From positions 154,057 to 178,056 of the forward strand of contig JACKLK010000007.1 of NCBI GenBank assembly GCA_024236015.1: a DNA stretch of 24,000 bases, given 5' to 3'. The notes under the pieces are model-generated. The model saw nothing but the letters and a program-made list of their open reading frames with translations, ran no database searches and was not told the origin of the DNA. A program made the position numbers and the translations under genes. Positions 1 to 8,279 of this stretch are shown one piece after another. The first letter of the stretch is position 1. Each line of letters opens with the position of its first letter. Origin of the DNA: Rhodoferax sp. (GTDB lineage Bacteria > Pseudomonadota > Gammaproteobacteria > Burkholderiales > Burkholderiaceae_C).

Positions 1-920
1 CGCAGCCGTTGTTTCAGCGCGGGCGGGTCCTGCACCTCGAACTCCACCTCCAGCGACATGAGCCAGTAGACCAGCCAGTCGAGCTGGTATGCCGGGCAAC
101 GCATGAGACAGCGTGAGCCGTCCAACGGTTCGAGCAGCGCAGCCGCGGGCGGGATGCGCGGCAACATGTCATCGAGCGGCTTGTGCAGCACCACACGCGC
201 CTCCTCGCCCTGGATCGTCACTGCCAGCTGGCCCGAGACATAGGCGCCGAGATCACCCCCACCGGGCCCGGGCCGGGGTGCGAAGTGCGCACCGATGGCC
301 GGTGCGCCTTCCACCCGGTCGATGCGGAAATTGCGCCAGTCGTCGCGCGCCGGGTCCCAGGCCACGAGGTACCAGCGGCTGCCGACGTGCACGAGCCCTT
401 GCGGCTCCACCGAGCGCGTGCTGCTGCGGCCCTGCCCGTCGCGGTAGTCGAATCCCACCCGCAGCTGGTCGCGGCAGGCCGCCGCGAGCGTGGCGAGCAC
501 GTTGGCATCCACGGTGGGCCCCATGCGCTGCAGCGGCAGGATGGCCGAACGCAACGCATCGGTGCGGCGGCGCAGGCGCGCGGGCATCACCTGCGCCAGC
601 TTCACCAGCGCGCGCAACGAAGCTTCTTCGACACCACTCACCGTACCGGCCGCCGCGACCTGCAGCGCAATGGCCACGGCCAGCGCTTCGTCGTCGTCCA
701 GCAACAGCGGCGGCAGCGCCTGCCCGGCACGGAACGCATAACCACCGGCCACGCCACTGGTCGCATGGATGGGGTAACCGAGCTGGCGCAAGCGGTCGAT
801 GTCGCGTCGCAGCGTGCGCGGGTTCACCGCGAGCCGTTCGGCCAGCTCCTGACCCGACCAATGGCTGCGGGTCTGCAGCAGCGACAACACCCGCAGCAGC
901 CGTGAAGACGATGAAAGCAT
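1..920 (-). CDS. WYL-domain HTH transcriptional regulator (YafY family); 3' end cut by window edge
   Basis: Absent from the ORF track because it runs off the left edge. My own translation of the minus frame from ATG 920-918 gives MLSSSSRLLRVLSLLQTRSHWSGQELAERLAVNPRTLRRDIDRLRQLGYPIHATSGVAGGYAF (YafY/DeoR-type wHTH). Further on it gives VEPQGLVHVGSRWYLVAWDPARDDWRNFRIDRV (WYL motif). The frame stays open to position 1. Divergent from the GST gene. Confidence 0.8.
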   Translation of the reverse strand, partial: MLSSSSRLLRVLSLLQTRSHWSGQELAERLAVNPRTLRRDIDRLRQLGYPIHATSGVAGGYAFRAGQALPPLLLDDDEALAVAIALQVAAAGTVSGVEEASLRALVKLAQVMPARLRRRTDALRSAILPLQRMGPTVDANVLATLAAACRDQLRVGFDYRDGQGRSSTRSVEPQGLVHVGSRWYLVAWDPARDDWRNFRIDRVEGAPAIGAHFAPRPGPGGGDLGAYVSGQLAVTIQGEEARVVLHKPLDDMLPRIPPAAALLEPLDGSRCLMRCPAYQLDWLVYWLMSLEVEFEVQDPPALKQRL

Positions 921-1033
921 GGGCACAGCATACCTCGCATCGAGGGCAGAAACTGTCCGCAATAGCAGCGACAGTGCCCACACGGATTCGGCGCGGTGTC
1001 GAACCGGCATTCAACCCCTCGAAGGAGTCTTCC

Positions 1034-1642
1034 ATGTCCAACAAGATCGTTTTCTACTGGCACCCCATGTCCAGCGCCACGCCGGTGGCCTGCGCCCTCG
1101 CCGAACTCGACGTGCCGCACGAGCGCGTCAAGGTCGACATCAAGGCTGGCGAGCAGCACCGCCCGGATTTCCTGGCCCTCAACCCGAACGGCAAGGTGCC
1201 CACGCTGACGGTGGACGGCGCGCCGATGTTCGAAGCGCTGGCGATCGCGATGTGGCTGGGCGAGCGCTACGGCGTCAGCAGCGGCCTGTGGCCGACCGCG
1301 GGTACGCCCGCACACCTGCAGGCGGTGTCGTGGTGTACCTGGGCCTATGTGAGTTATGGTGCGCAGCTGACCCGCCTGCAAGCCGCACACGACATGGGTA
1401 CGCCGCAGGATGCGCACGGCGCGTCGGCGCACAAGGCCATGGATCAATTGCTGGCCCTGCTCGACGCCCGCCTCGCCCGCCAGCCCTGGATGCTGGGCGA
1501 GGCCTATACCCTGGTGGACCTGATCGTGGCCTCGGTCATCGGCTACAGCGCGTACATCGGCGCGCCGGTGGCCTCGCACCCGACGACGCTGGCCTGGCTG
1601 CAGAAGGTGCAGGCACGGCCGTCCATGCAGATCGACGCCTGA
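1034..1642 (+). CDS. glutathione S-transferase family protein
   Basis: C-terminal 202 aa of the 113..1642 track ORF: MSNKIVFYWHPMSSATPVACALAELDVPHERVKVDIKAGEQHRPDFLALNPNGKVPTL... (thioredoxin-like GST N-domain plus helical C-domain). ATG at 1034 is preceded by gaaggag (1021-1027). The upstream part of the track ORF is antisense shadow of the WYL gene. Confidence 0.85.
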   Translation: MSNKIVFYWHPMSSATPVACALAELDVPHERVKVDIKAGEQHRPDFLALNPNGKVPTLTVDGAPMFEALAIAMWLGERYGVSSGLWPTAGTPAHLQAVSWCTWAYVSYGAQLTRLQAAHDMGTPQDAHGASAHKAMDQLLALLDARLARQPWMLGEAYTLVDLIVASVIGYSAYIGAPVASHPTTLAWLQKVQARPSMQIDA

Positions 1643-1672
1643 AGCGGGATCGCAGCCTGGCCGCCTCCTGCC

Positions 1673-2398
1673 TCAGCCCAGCACCTGCTTGCCCACCATG
1701 CCCACGACAAACCCCAGCACCGCGCCCAGCGTCGGCGTCCAGTGCCGGCGCATGCGCGCCTGCGGCGCAATGTCCTGGAACACCAGGTAGAGGATGCCGC
1801 CGGCGGCGAACGCCATCAGCGCGGCCGTCACTGCCAGCTGGTCGTGCAGCAGCGTGTAACCGGCCAGCGCACCCACGGGGCCGAACAGGCTGACGGCCAG
1901 CAGCGACCACAAGGCGACGCGGGGCCGCGAACCGGCCTTGCGACTTTCGCGGAACGCGTTGAATCCTTCGGGCAGGTTCTGCGCGCCGATGAACAGCGCC
2001 AGCAACAGGCCGAGCCGGGCGTCGTGCGCGAACACCGCACCCATCGCGATCGCCTCGGGCACGAAGTCCAGCATCATCGCCATCACCTGCGCATGGGTGC
2101 CGCCGCGCCGGCCCAGCCAGTAGTCGAGCACGCAGAACACGCCGCCACCGGCGACGAACACCAGGCCCAGCGCGGCCGGATGCAGGTGCTCCATGCCCAG
2201 CGGCGTCAGCGCAAACGCAACCGCCGCCACCAGGATGCCGCCACCGAAAGCCACCACGCCGTGCACGAACTCGCGCTTGCCTTCGGTTTCGGCGCTGCCC
2301 TCCCACCGGGCCGCCAGTCCACCGGCGAAGGCGGCCAGGCCGGCGAGCCAGGCGGCTAGCAGGGCGGTCCAGAGGGATGTCTGGGGCAAGGGGGTCAT
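1673..2398 (-). CDS. ZIP family metal (zinc) transporter
   Basis: Track ORF 1673..2443 starts at TTG. It is a multi-TM protein with GAQNLPEGFNAF and FQDIAPQA motifs typical of ZIP/ZupT-like permeases. I prefer the ATG at 2398 (MTPLPQTSLWTALLAAW...); TTG 2443 is the alternative start. Confidence 0.8.
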   Translation of the reverse strand: MTPLPQTSLWTALLAAWLAGLAAFAGGLAARWEGSAETEGKREFVHGVVAFGGGILVAAVAFALTPLGMEHLHPAALGLVFVAGGGVFCVLDYWLGRRGGTHAQVMAMMLDFVPEAIAMGAVFAHDARLGLLLALFIGAQNLPEGFNAFRESRKAGSRPRVALWSLLAVSLFGPVGALAGYTLLHDQLAVTAALMAFAAGGILYLVFQDIAPQARMRRHWTPTLGAVLGFVVGMVGKQVLG

Positions 2399-2791
2399 GG
2401 GGGCAAGGGTAGCTGATGGGTGCGGGGCAGATCCTGGGATCAACCCCGACGCGCGAGTTCCTGTGCTTGTACGCGATCACAAGACTCGTGGACATGACCC
2501 GAGCCGGCGGGATACGAGGCAAAAGTCAGACCTGATGTCCTCGACGAATGGCAGGAGTTGCATGTAGCGGTCTGGCGCTGCTGACCCTTGCTGTCTAGGA
2601 TGGTCTTGCCGACAAGGTCGGCAATGCAGCGGAAGGTGCCAGCCATGTTCGGATTCGCCACCTAGCTCCTTCGGCCAGGAACGGCCGTTGACGGATGGCT
2701 CCTTACCGAGGATCCAGTTGGTCCGGAGCACGTTTCGCCTTGTCTCTCCGCCAGTTTATCTGGCCGGCCAAAGTTCAGGTTAGGCTTGCAC

Positions 2792-2820
2792 TGTTGGGCC
2801 GGCCTGCGGCCGGCCCAACA
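2792..2820. repeat. perfect 13-bp inverted repeat (stem-loop, 3-nt loop) within a cluster of three GGCCGGCC octamers
   Basis: tgttgggccggcc-tgc-ggccggcccaaca. The left arm 2792-2804 is the exact reverse complement of the right arm 2808-2820. GGCCGGCC occurs at 2762-2769 (inside the 10-nt palindrome tggccggcca), 2797-2804 and 2808-2815. There is no U/T tract on either side, so it is not a canonical intrinsic terminator. Confidence 0.6.
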
Positions 2821-2883
2821 AGACATACCAATGACTTGCTTGCAGGGGGGCTCGAGTTGATACATACGTTGTCTATCGACGCA

Positions 2884-5800
2884 ATGGTGCGCTCGATCGG
2901 AATGTCACGAGACCAGCCATTGCTGGTCTTCCTCGGAGCTGGGGCTTCCATGAGCTCAGGTATGCCTTCAGCGACTCAATGCATCTGGGAGTGGAAGCGC
3001 TCCATCTTCCTGACGAACAACCCGGGCCTCGAGCGCCAGTTCGACGAGCTCTCGCTTCCATCTGTTCGACAGCGTATTCAGCGCTGGCTTGATGCACAGC
3101 GTCGATACCCTGCGAGTGGCTCAGATGACGAATACTCGGCATACATCGAGGCCTGCTATGCACGCGGAGACGACCGACGCAGGTATTTCCAGGAATGGGT
3201 CAAGCGGGCAAAGCCGGGGCTGGGTTATCAACTTCTGGCAGAACTCGCCAGGCAGCGGCTGGTGACCTCAGTCTGGACAACCAACTTTGACGGTTTGGTA
3301 GCTCGGGCGGCAACGACCGCCAGCATCACCGCCATTGAGGTGGGGCAGGAGTCAAAGGAGCGCATTTCCCGACCCATGGCACTGGATGAACTCCAGTGTG
3401 TTTCCATGCACGGGGACTATCGCTACGACGCCCTAAAGAACACGCAACGGGAGTTGGGCGAGCAGGAGGCCGAGTTGCGAGCGGCACTCGTCCACCAACT
3501 ACGAACTCGGCCTGTCCTGGTATGCGGCTATAGCGGTCGGGACGCCAGCGTTATGGCTGCATTTTTGGAGGCCTATCGCGACCCATCGCAACAGCGGCTG
3601 CCGCTGTATTGGACCCAGTTCGGTGATTCACCGGTGAAGGGTAGTGTCGAGACGCTATTGCAGATGCCCGACGGGGCCGAACCGCAGCGATTCGTTGTAC
3701 CGAGCGCGACCTTTGATGACGTGATTCGCCGCATCGCGCTGCATGTGGCGCCGACTAATGCCCGCGCTCAGGTGGACTCAGTGCTGGATCGGTTCAAGGA
3801 ATCACCCACGACCCGGCGCGCGGCGTTCCAACTGCCCAACCTGCCCGTAACGGGATTGATCAAGAGCAACGCCTTTCCGATGCAGCCACCGGGCGAGCTA
3901 CTCGAGTTCGATCTGGTGCAGTGGCCGGCGCGCGGCACGGTGTGGTCCGAACTCAGGACAATCGGAGAGGAACATGGTTTCGTTGCGGCTCCGTTCAGGG
4001 GCAAGGTGTACGCCATTGCGTCGCCACAGCAGATTCAGTCGGCATTTGCGGGAAACATCACAGGCGAAGTAAAGCGTGTCCCGCTCAGTGATGAGGATCT
4101 TCGCTACGAAGACGGAACGGCCAACAGCCTCATGCGTCGGGCGACGGTCATCGCTCTGGCCCACAAGGCAGGATTGAATTGCGATAACGAAGGCCTGATC
4201 TGGGACCCTCAGGACACCACTGAGCAACGCGTCGAAGCGCGGCAATGGACGCTCTACAAGGCTGTCCTCTTGCAAGTCAAATCCGTCAGCGGCTCGCTGG
4301 TACTTGTGCTTAAGCCGACGCTGTTTGTCACCGACACCACCGGTAATGCGGCACCGCGGGCAATTGCCAACACGATTAAGGTCAAGATCCTTGGTTATCA
4401 GCACAACAACAAGTTCAACGAGGCACTGGAGTTCTGGCGCACTCGTCTGCTTCCGGACCGCGACAACGCGCTGAGGTTTCCCGACGTCGAAGAAGGCATC
4501 AAGTTTTCTGTCTCCGCACGCCCGATCTTCGCCAAGATCACCGATGAGCGTGAGGCGTCGGTCGCGCTCAGCGAGCGGAACGAGCGCCTGGCATCGCAGG
4601 TCGGTCTGCAGATCCCCGAGCCCAGGTTGTCATTCCTGCCTAAGGCAGGACGGGGAGTTGCTTTCGACACACATCCAATTCGCGGACTGCTTCGTGACAG
4701 GCCCTTCGACGCGCTGCTCACCGAAGCGGGCATGGCACCCAGTATCCGCGTTGGTTTGATTGCACCCGACAGGGATGGTCGTCGAGTCACACAGTATCTC
4801 GGCCGGTTGCAGGAGTCTATCGACCCCGGGAGGTGGGATGCCGACTACCTGCTGCCGTTCCCGGGCTTCAGTACCGCATTCAAGTGCGGCCTGGAGATCA
4901 CACAGCCTGGTGGCAAGGGATTCGTGGGACTCGATGAGCCAACGGAGAACACGCCTGCAAGCGCCCGCGAGCTTGGTGCAAGAATCGCCTCGGCATTGGC
5001 CTCGCTGAAAGCCGCCTCGAATCCAAGTGTGATCTTCGTATACATCCCGGCGCGATGGAGCGCATTGCGCGGGTACGACATCGACGGTGAACAGTTTGAC
5101 CTTCACGACTTCGTGAAGGCGTCTGCGATCCCACAGGGGATCTCAACGCAGTTTCTCGAGGAGGACACGCTGGTTCACCAGCAACAGTGCCGGGTGCGGT
5201 GGTGGCTGTCGCTGGCGACCTATGCGAAGGCGATGCGAAACCCATGGGCGCTGGACGGTCTCGACAAGGATTCAGCCTACGTCGGCATTGGCTATAGCTT
5301 GCGCAACAAGCCGGGCGAGGACGGCAACATCGTTCTGGGATGCAGCCACCTGTACAGCCGGAACGGCTTGGGCCTGCAATTCCGGTTGAGTAAGATCGAG
5401 AACCCAATCATGCGACGGAAGAACCCCTTCATGAGCTTCGACGACGCTCGCCGACTTGGCGAGGGGATTCGGGAATTGTTCTTCGAAGCAAACCTCCGGC
5501 TCCCGAGCCGAGTGGTGGTCCACAAGCAGACTCCGTTCCTGAAGGAGGAGCGGGAAGGCCTGCAGGCTGGTCTGGAGGGCGTCGATTGCGTCGAACTCTT
5601 GCAAATTCACATCGACGACACGCTCCGGTATCTGGCCTCCAGGGTGGGCCGGTCCGGCTCCCTTGAGATCGATGGCTATCCCATCCATCGCGGCACGACG
5701 GTGGTGGTCGATGACTCTACGGCGTTGCTGTGGGTGCACGGTGCCTCTACCGCCTTGAACCCGTCGCGCACTTACTACCAGGGGAAACGGCGCATTCCCG

Positions 5801-6009
5801 CGCCGCTGGTACTCACTCGCCACGCCGGAACGAGTGACCTCATGATGCTGGCCGACGAGATCCTTGGGCTCTCGAAGATGAACTTCAACAGCTTCGACAT
5901 GTACGGACAGCTGCCAGCTACTATCGAAACCTCGCGACGTGTTGCGCGTGTTGGTGCGCTCCTGGACAGATATGCAGATCGGTCCTACGACTACCGCTTG
6001 TTCATGTGA
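2884..6009 (+). CDS. single-chain SIR2-APAZ-short prokaryotic Argonaute (SPARSA-type, fused SIR2-pAgo NADase defence protein)
   Basis: Track ORF 2695..6009; the likely start is ATG 2884 (MVRSIGMSRDQPLLVFLGAGAS...) or ATG 2902. The N-terminus is a SIR2_2-like fold with LVFLGAGASMSSGMP, VWTTNFDG (Asn codon 3283-3285) and CVSMHGDY (His codon 3409-3411). The middle holds an APAZ-like region and a MID-like FDLHDFVKASAIPQGISTQFL. The C-terminus is PIWI-like with YVGIGYS (5278-5298, Gly where catalytic Agos have Asp) and VVVHKQTP (5512-5535, KQ where active Agos have RDG). This matches a nuclease-dead short pAgo. Confidence 0.85.
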   Translation: MVRSIGMSRDQPLLVFLGAGASMSSGMPSATQCIWEWKRSIFLTNNPGLERQFDELSLPSVRQRIQRWLDAQRRYPASGSDDEYSAYIEACYARGDDRRRYFQEWVKRAKPGLGYQLLAELARQRLVTSVWTTNFDGLVARAATTASITAIEVGQESKERISRPMALDELQCVSMHGDYRYDALKNTQRELGEQEAELRAALVHQLRTRPVLVCGYSGRDASVMAAFLEAYRDPSQQRLPLYWTQFGDSPVKGSVETLLQMPDGAEPQRFVVPSATFDDVIRRIALHVAPTNARAQVDSVLDRFKESPTTRRAAFQLPNLPVTGLIKSNAFPMQPPGELLEFDLVQWPARGTVWSELRTIGEEHGFVAAPFRGKVYAIASPQQIQSAFAGNITGEVKRVPLSDEDLRYEDGTANSLMRRATVIALAHKAGLNCDNEGLIWDPQDTTEQRVEARQWTLYKAVLLQVKSVSGSLVLVLKPTLFVTDTTGNAAPRAIANTIKVKILGYQHNNKFNEALEFWRTRLLPDRDNALRFPDVEEGIKFSVSARPIFAKITDEREASVALSERNERLASQVGLQIPEPRLSFLPKAGRGVAFDTHPIRGLLRDRPFDALLTEAGMAPSIRVGLIAPDRDGRRVTQYLGRLQESIDPGRWDADYLLPFPGFSTAFKCGLEITQPGGKGFVGLDEPTENTPASARELGARIASALASLKAASNPSVIFVYIPARWSALRGYDIDGEQFDLHDFVKASAIPQGISTQFLEEDTLVHQQQCRVRWWLSLATYAKAMRNPWALDGLDKDSAYVGIGYSLRNKPGEDGNIVLGCSHLYSRNGLGLQFRLSKIENPIMRRKNPFMSFDDARRLGEGIRELFFEANLRLPSRVVVHKQTPFLKEEREGLQAGLEGVDCVELLQIHIDDTLRYLASRVGRSGSLEIDGYPIHRGTTVVVDDSTALLWVHGASTALNPSRTYYQGKRRIPAPLVLTRHAGTSDLMMLADEILGLSKMNFNSFDMYGQLPATIETSRRVARVGALLDRYADRSYDYRLFM

Positions 6010-6110
6010 ATCGACTGCTTCGATGGATATGGCGATGTGAGGCCAACGGCCGATCTAACCGATGCGCGTGATGGCTGCAGGGGCTCTACGCCGCGAGTTC
6101 ATGGGCTTGC

Positions 6111-6143
6111 TTGCGACGCGCATGCGACGCGCTTGCGACGCGC
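6111..6143. repeat. 11-bp tandem repeat x3 (ttgcgacgcgc / atgcgacgcgc / ttgcgacgcgc)
   Basis: Read directly: units at 6111-6121, 6122-6132 and 6133-6143 differ only at the first base. A partial cttgc lies immediately upstream. Located in the non-coding spacer between the convergent pAgo and RT genes. Confidence 0.8.
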
Positions 6144-6512
6144 GAGGGTGGTCACAATAGACTGCGATCTTCTGTTCTTTGAGCGTTCGGCTTCGGGCAA
6201 GCTGTTCTGCAAGAGTGACAAACCGCTGTGAGTTCGACACCGCTTGGCCAGGCGACAAATCGCGTCGGTCAGCAGCCAGCCTTGAAGCTACATCGGTAAC
6301 TGGAAGACAGATGAGCAGTGATCGCGGTCGTCCAACTGAGATCATGGATGTTCAGAGTGAGGCGCATTCCCGGCCCTCAAAGCTCCACGCGAGGTGCATG
6401 CCGCAAGTGCGGCGGAGCGCCATCGTTGCGGAGGTTGCGGCCGTAAAGCCGTCTCTCGTTGGAAAAGCCGCTGCCCTGATATCCAAGATCTGCGGGGGAC
6501 CGGAAGGTGGCG

Positions 6513-8261
6513 CTACGGCGTCGACGAATGACGCTTCGCGTAGTCAATCAGGACCGCAACCACGCGGTCCAAGATGTGTGAGAAGCCCGTGAAGTTGATC
6601 GTTGCAGCCTTTTTCTCGACAATCTCGCGCGCGAACGCCGCTTTCCCGAAATGCTTCGTGTCGTCGAACTTCGCAGCTCGCGAGAAGGTCTTCAAGCCGA
6701 GCTTCTCGTTCAGCGTCTTCGCATCAAAGAAGTCTTCGATCGCAGTTTTAGCACCACCGGCACCCAAGGGCGTTGGCACCACATACATGTTTCCAACGAC
6801 GTGTATGAACTGCTCGGCACCAGTCGGACGCGGTTTCCTGGTAATACCGCAGATGGCGCCATAGATGTCCTTCGCGCCTGAGTCATTGTCGACGAGAACA
6901 ATGACGGGGTGCTTTGGGGCTGGTGCCTTGATTCTTTGGGTGAAGTCCGCGTAGTAGTGCTTCATCAGATGGCAAAGGCCACCCACCCCACCGGTGAGCT
7001 GAGTGATCTCACTGGTTCGGCGCTGCCCGTACTTGAACAGATGGACACTAAGCTTAGGCGGTGATCCGGCAGCGAGCGTCGGGTACAACGGTGCCAGTCG
7101 CTTGATCGCATGCCGAAGGTAGATGTTGTCGGTCGGACCTTCACAAACTATGACCGGCGACGCGATGGCGTGAAACGCGTCGAAGTACAAGAACCGGCGA
7201 AACAGCTCGGTCCGCCCGGAAGTGTCGTGCAGCTCGAGGCCGTTTTCCTCGCGGAGTTTTTGATTGAAAAGATCGACCTGATCAATGTAAGAGAGCATCC
7301 CGATGAGCTGCTTGTTCTTGCCGGGCTGCCTAAAGATGACTTCCACACCAGCGGCGTCTATCTTCTTGTAGACCCTCTCGAATGCCCCTTTCTTCAGCGC
7401 GTGATCCACCATCGCACGAACGGTGTAGCGATAGGTCGCGGGCACATTGACCTTCCGGTTTACGACTAGGCCCGTCACGTCTTGCCGTGAGTCCCGGTAC
7501 TGCATCCGAGTCTTTTTTTCGTTGAAGCTGAAGCCGGCTTTGGTGACGAGGCGCATGAGCCCCTGGCCTGGCAACCAATGGTCCTTGTCGTCTTCATCCT
7601 GCTTCGCTACGCGTGACGAGAACTTCGCCTTGTTCGAGCTAAACGTCAAGTCGTCGGCGTAACGCGTATAGCTACAGCCTGTGCCCAATGCCAAGCGGAC
7701 CAGCGTCATGTCCAACATGTGGCAGATCAGGTTCGAGATGACTGGAGAGCAAGGGCTGCCCTGGGGCAGCTTGTTGTCATGGCAAGCAATCTGAGCAATA
7801 ACGGTTGCGACTTTGTCCTGAAGCGCGAAATTCTTGTCCTTCAGAAAAAAGCCGCGAACTCGACCGAAGTTTATCGTCCCAAAGAAGTCGTGTAGGTCCA
7901 CATTGAAGACATATCGGCGAGTCACATGCTCGCGCGCGTTGGTCATGATCGTGTGCTTGCGCTTGAATCCGTGTGCGACGCCGTATCGCTTTCCGTCCTC
8001 AATGTGCCCACGCGCGGCATTGATCTCATTAATACAGTTCTGTAGCAGGTTTGCGAGCCGATGTTGAACGAGCTTCAGATCCCTGTCCGGTGCCCAAATT
8101 TCTCTCGTGCCACCATGTCGCTTTGGGATGTCGAACTTCGTGTACAGGACAGCCTTCGACTTCTTGTACAGCAGGAAGGACAGCATGCCCGGCTTGATTT
8201 CGAGGAGCCGGGCTACGTCAGAGAGGGAAGTTGCCGCCTTCAGCTGTTTGAGTTGGGTCAT
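6513..8261 (-). CDS. retron-type reverse transcriptase fused to a C-terminal TOPRIM domain (Ec67 / Retron-Eco2-like)
   Basis: 582-aa track ORF. RT motifs are NVDLHDFFGTINFGRVRGFF, LPQGSPCSPVISNLIC and YTRYADDLTF (YADD codons 7650-7661). The C-terminal TOPRIM has VIVCEGPTDNIYL (Glu codon 7140-7142) and PVIVLVDNDSGAKD (DND codons 6882-6890). Length and motif order match my recollection of the 586-aa Ec67 RT. Confidence 0.9.
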   Translation of the reverse strand: MTQLKQLKAATSLSDVARLLEIKPGMLSFLLYKKSKAVLYTKFDIPKRHGGTREIWAPDRDLKLVQHRLANLLQNCINEINAARGHIEDGKRYGVAHGFKRKHTIMTNAREHVTRRYVFNVDLHDFFGTINFGRVRGFFLKDKNFALQDKVATVIAQIACHDNKLPQGSPCSPVISNLICHMLDMTLVRLALGTGCSYTRYADDLTFSSNKAKFSSRVAKQDEDDKDHWLPGQGLMRLVTKAGFSFNEKKTRMQYRDSRQDVTGLVVNRKVNVPATYRYTVRAMVDHALKKGAFERVYKKIDAAGVEVIFRQPGKNKQLIGMLSYIDQVDLFNQKLREENGLELHDTSGRTELFRRFLYFDAFHAIASPVIVCEGPTDNIYLRHAIKRLAPLYPTLAAGSPPKLSVHLFKYGQRRTSEITQLTGGVGGLCHLMKHYYADFTQRIKAPAPKHPVIVLVDNDSGAKDIYGAICGITRKPRPTGAEQFIHVVGNMYVVPTPLGAGGAKTAIEDFFDAKTLNEKLGLKTFSRAAKFDDTKHFGKAAFAREIVEKKAATINFTGFSHILDRVVAVLIDYAKRHSSTP

Positions 8262-8279
8262 TCTCGAAGGTAGCGGAAG

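Noticed and set aside
1-920. WYL regulator as a component or regulator of the defence island
   Set aside because: WYL domains are often linked to defence systems. This gene, however, has host-like high GC, is divergently paired with the GST gene, and is separated from the island by two backbone genes. There is no sequence evidence of linkage.
113-1033. N-terminal 307 codons of the 509-aa track ORF 113..1642, and the 240-aa (183..905 +) and 263-aa (253..1044 -) ORFs
   Set aside because: The sequences are Arg/Pro/Ala-rich and low in complexity, with no recognisable motifs. They overlap the clearly real WYL regulator gene (minus frame open to the window edge). These are typical high-GC shadow ORFs. 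Only the GST part from ATG 1034, which has a strong RBS, is credible.
2466-2483. Inverted repeat cttgt-N8-acaag upstream of the ZIP gene as a Zur box
   Set aside because: The arms are only 5 bp and do not resemble the AT-rich Zur consensus I know. It is too weak to call.
1536-2522. 328-aa ORF (-) and 205-aa ORF (1742..2359 +) overlapping the ZIP gene
   Set aside because: Alternative or antisense frames of the ZIP transporter gene. Their composition is Arg/Gly/Pro-dominated and no domain-like motifs are present.
2695-2883. Upstream 63 codons of the 1104-aa pAgo ORF
   Set aside because: The frame happens to be open, but this stretch contains the GGCCGGCC hairpin/palindrome cluster and has no SIR2 homology. 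SIR2-APAZ proteins begin just before the GAGAS loop, so ATG 2884 or 2902 is preferred.
6111-6143. Possible CRISPR-like array
   Set aside because: These are only three directly abutting 11-bp units with no spacers. This is a simple tandem repeat, not a CRISPR. No CRISPR array was seen anywhere in the window.
6055-6592. 96-aa (6055..6345 -) and 137-aa (6179..6592 +) ORFs in the convergent spacer
   Set aside because: No recognisable motifs and no RBS. The second overlaps the RT 3' end, and the first reads through the 11-bp tandem repeat. At most these are treated as decayed remnants.
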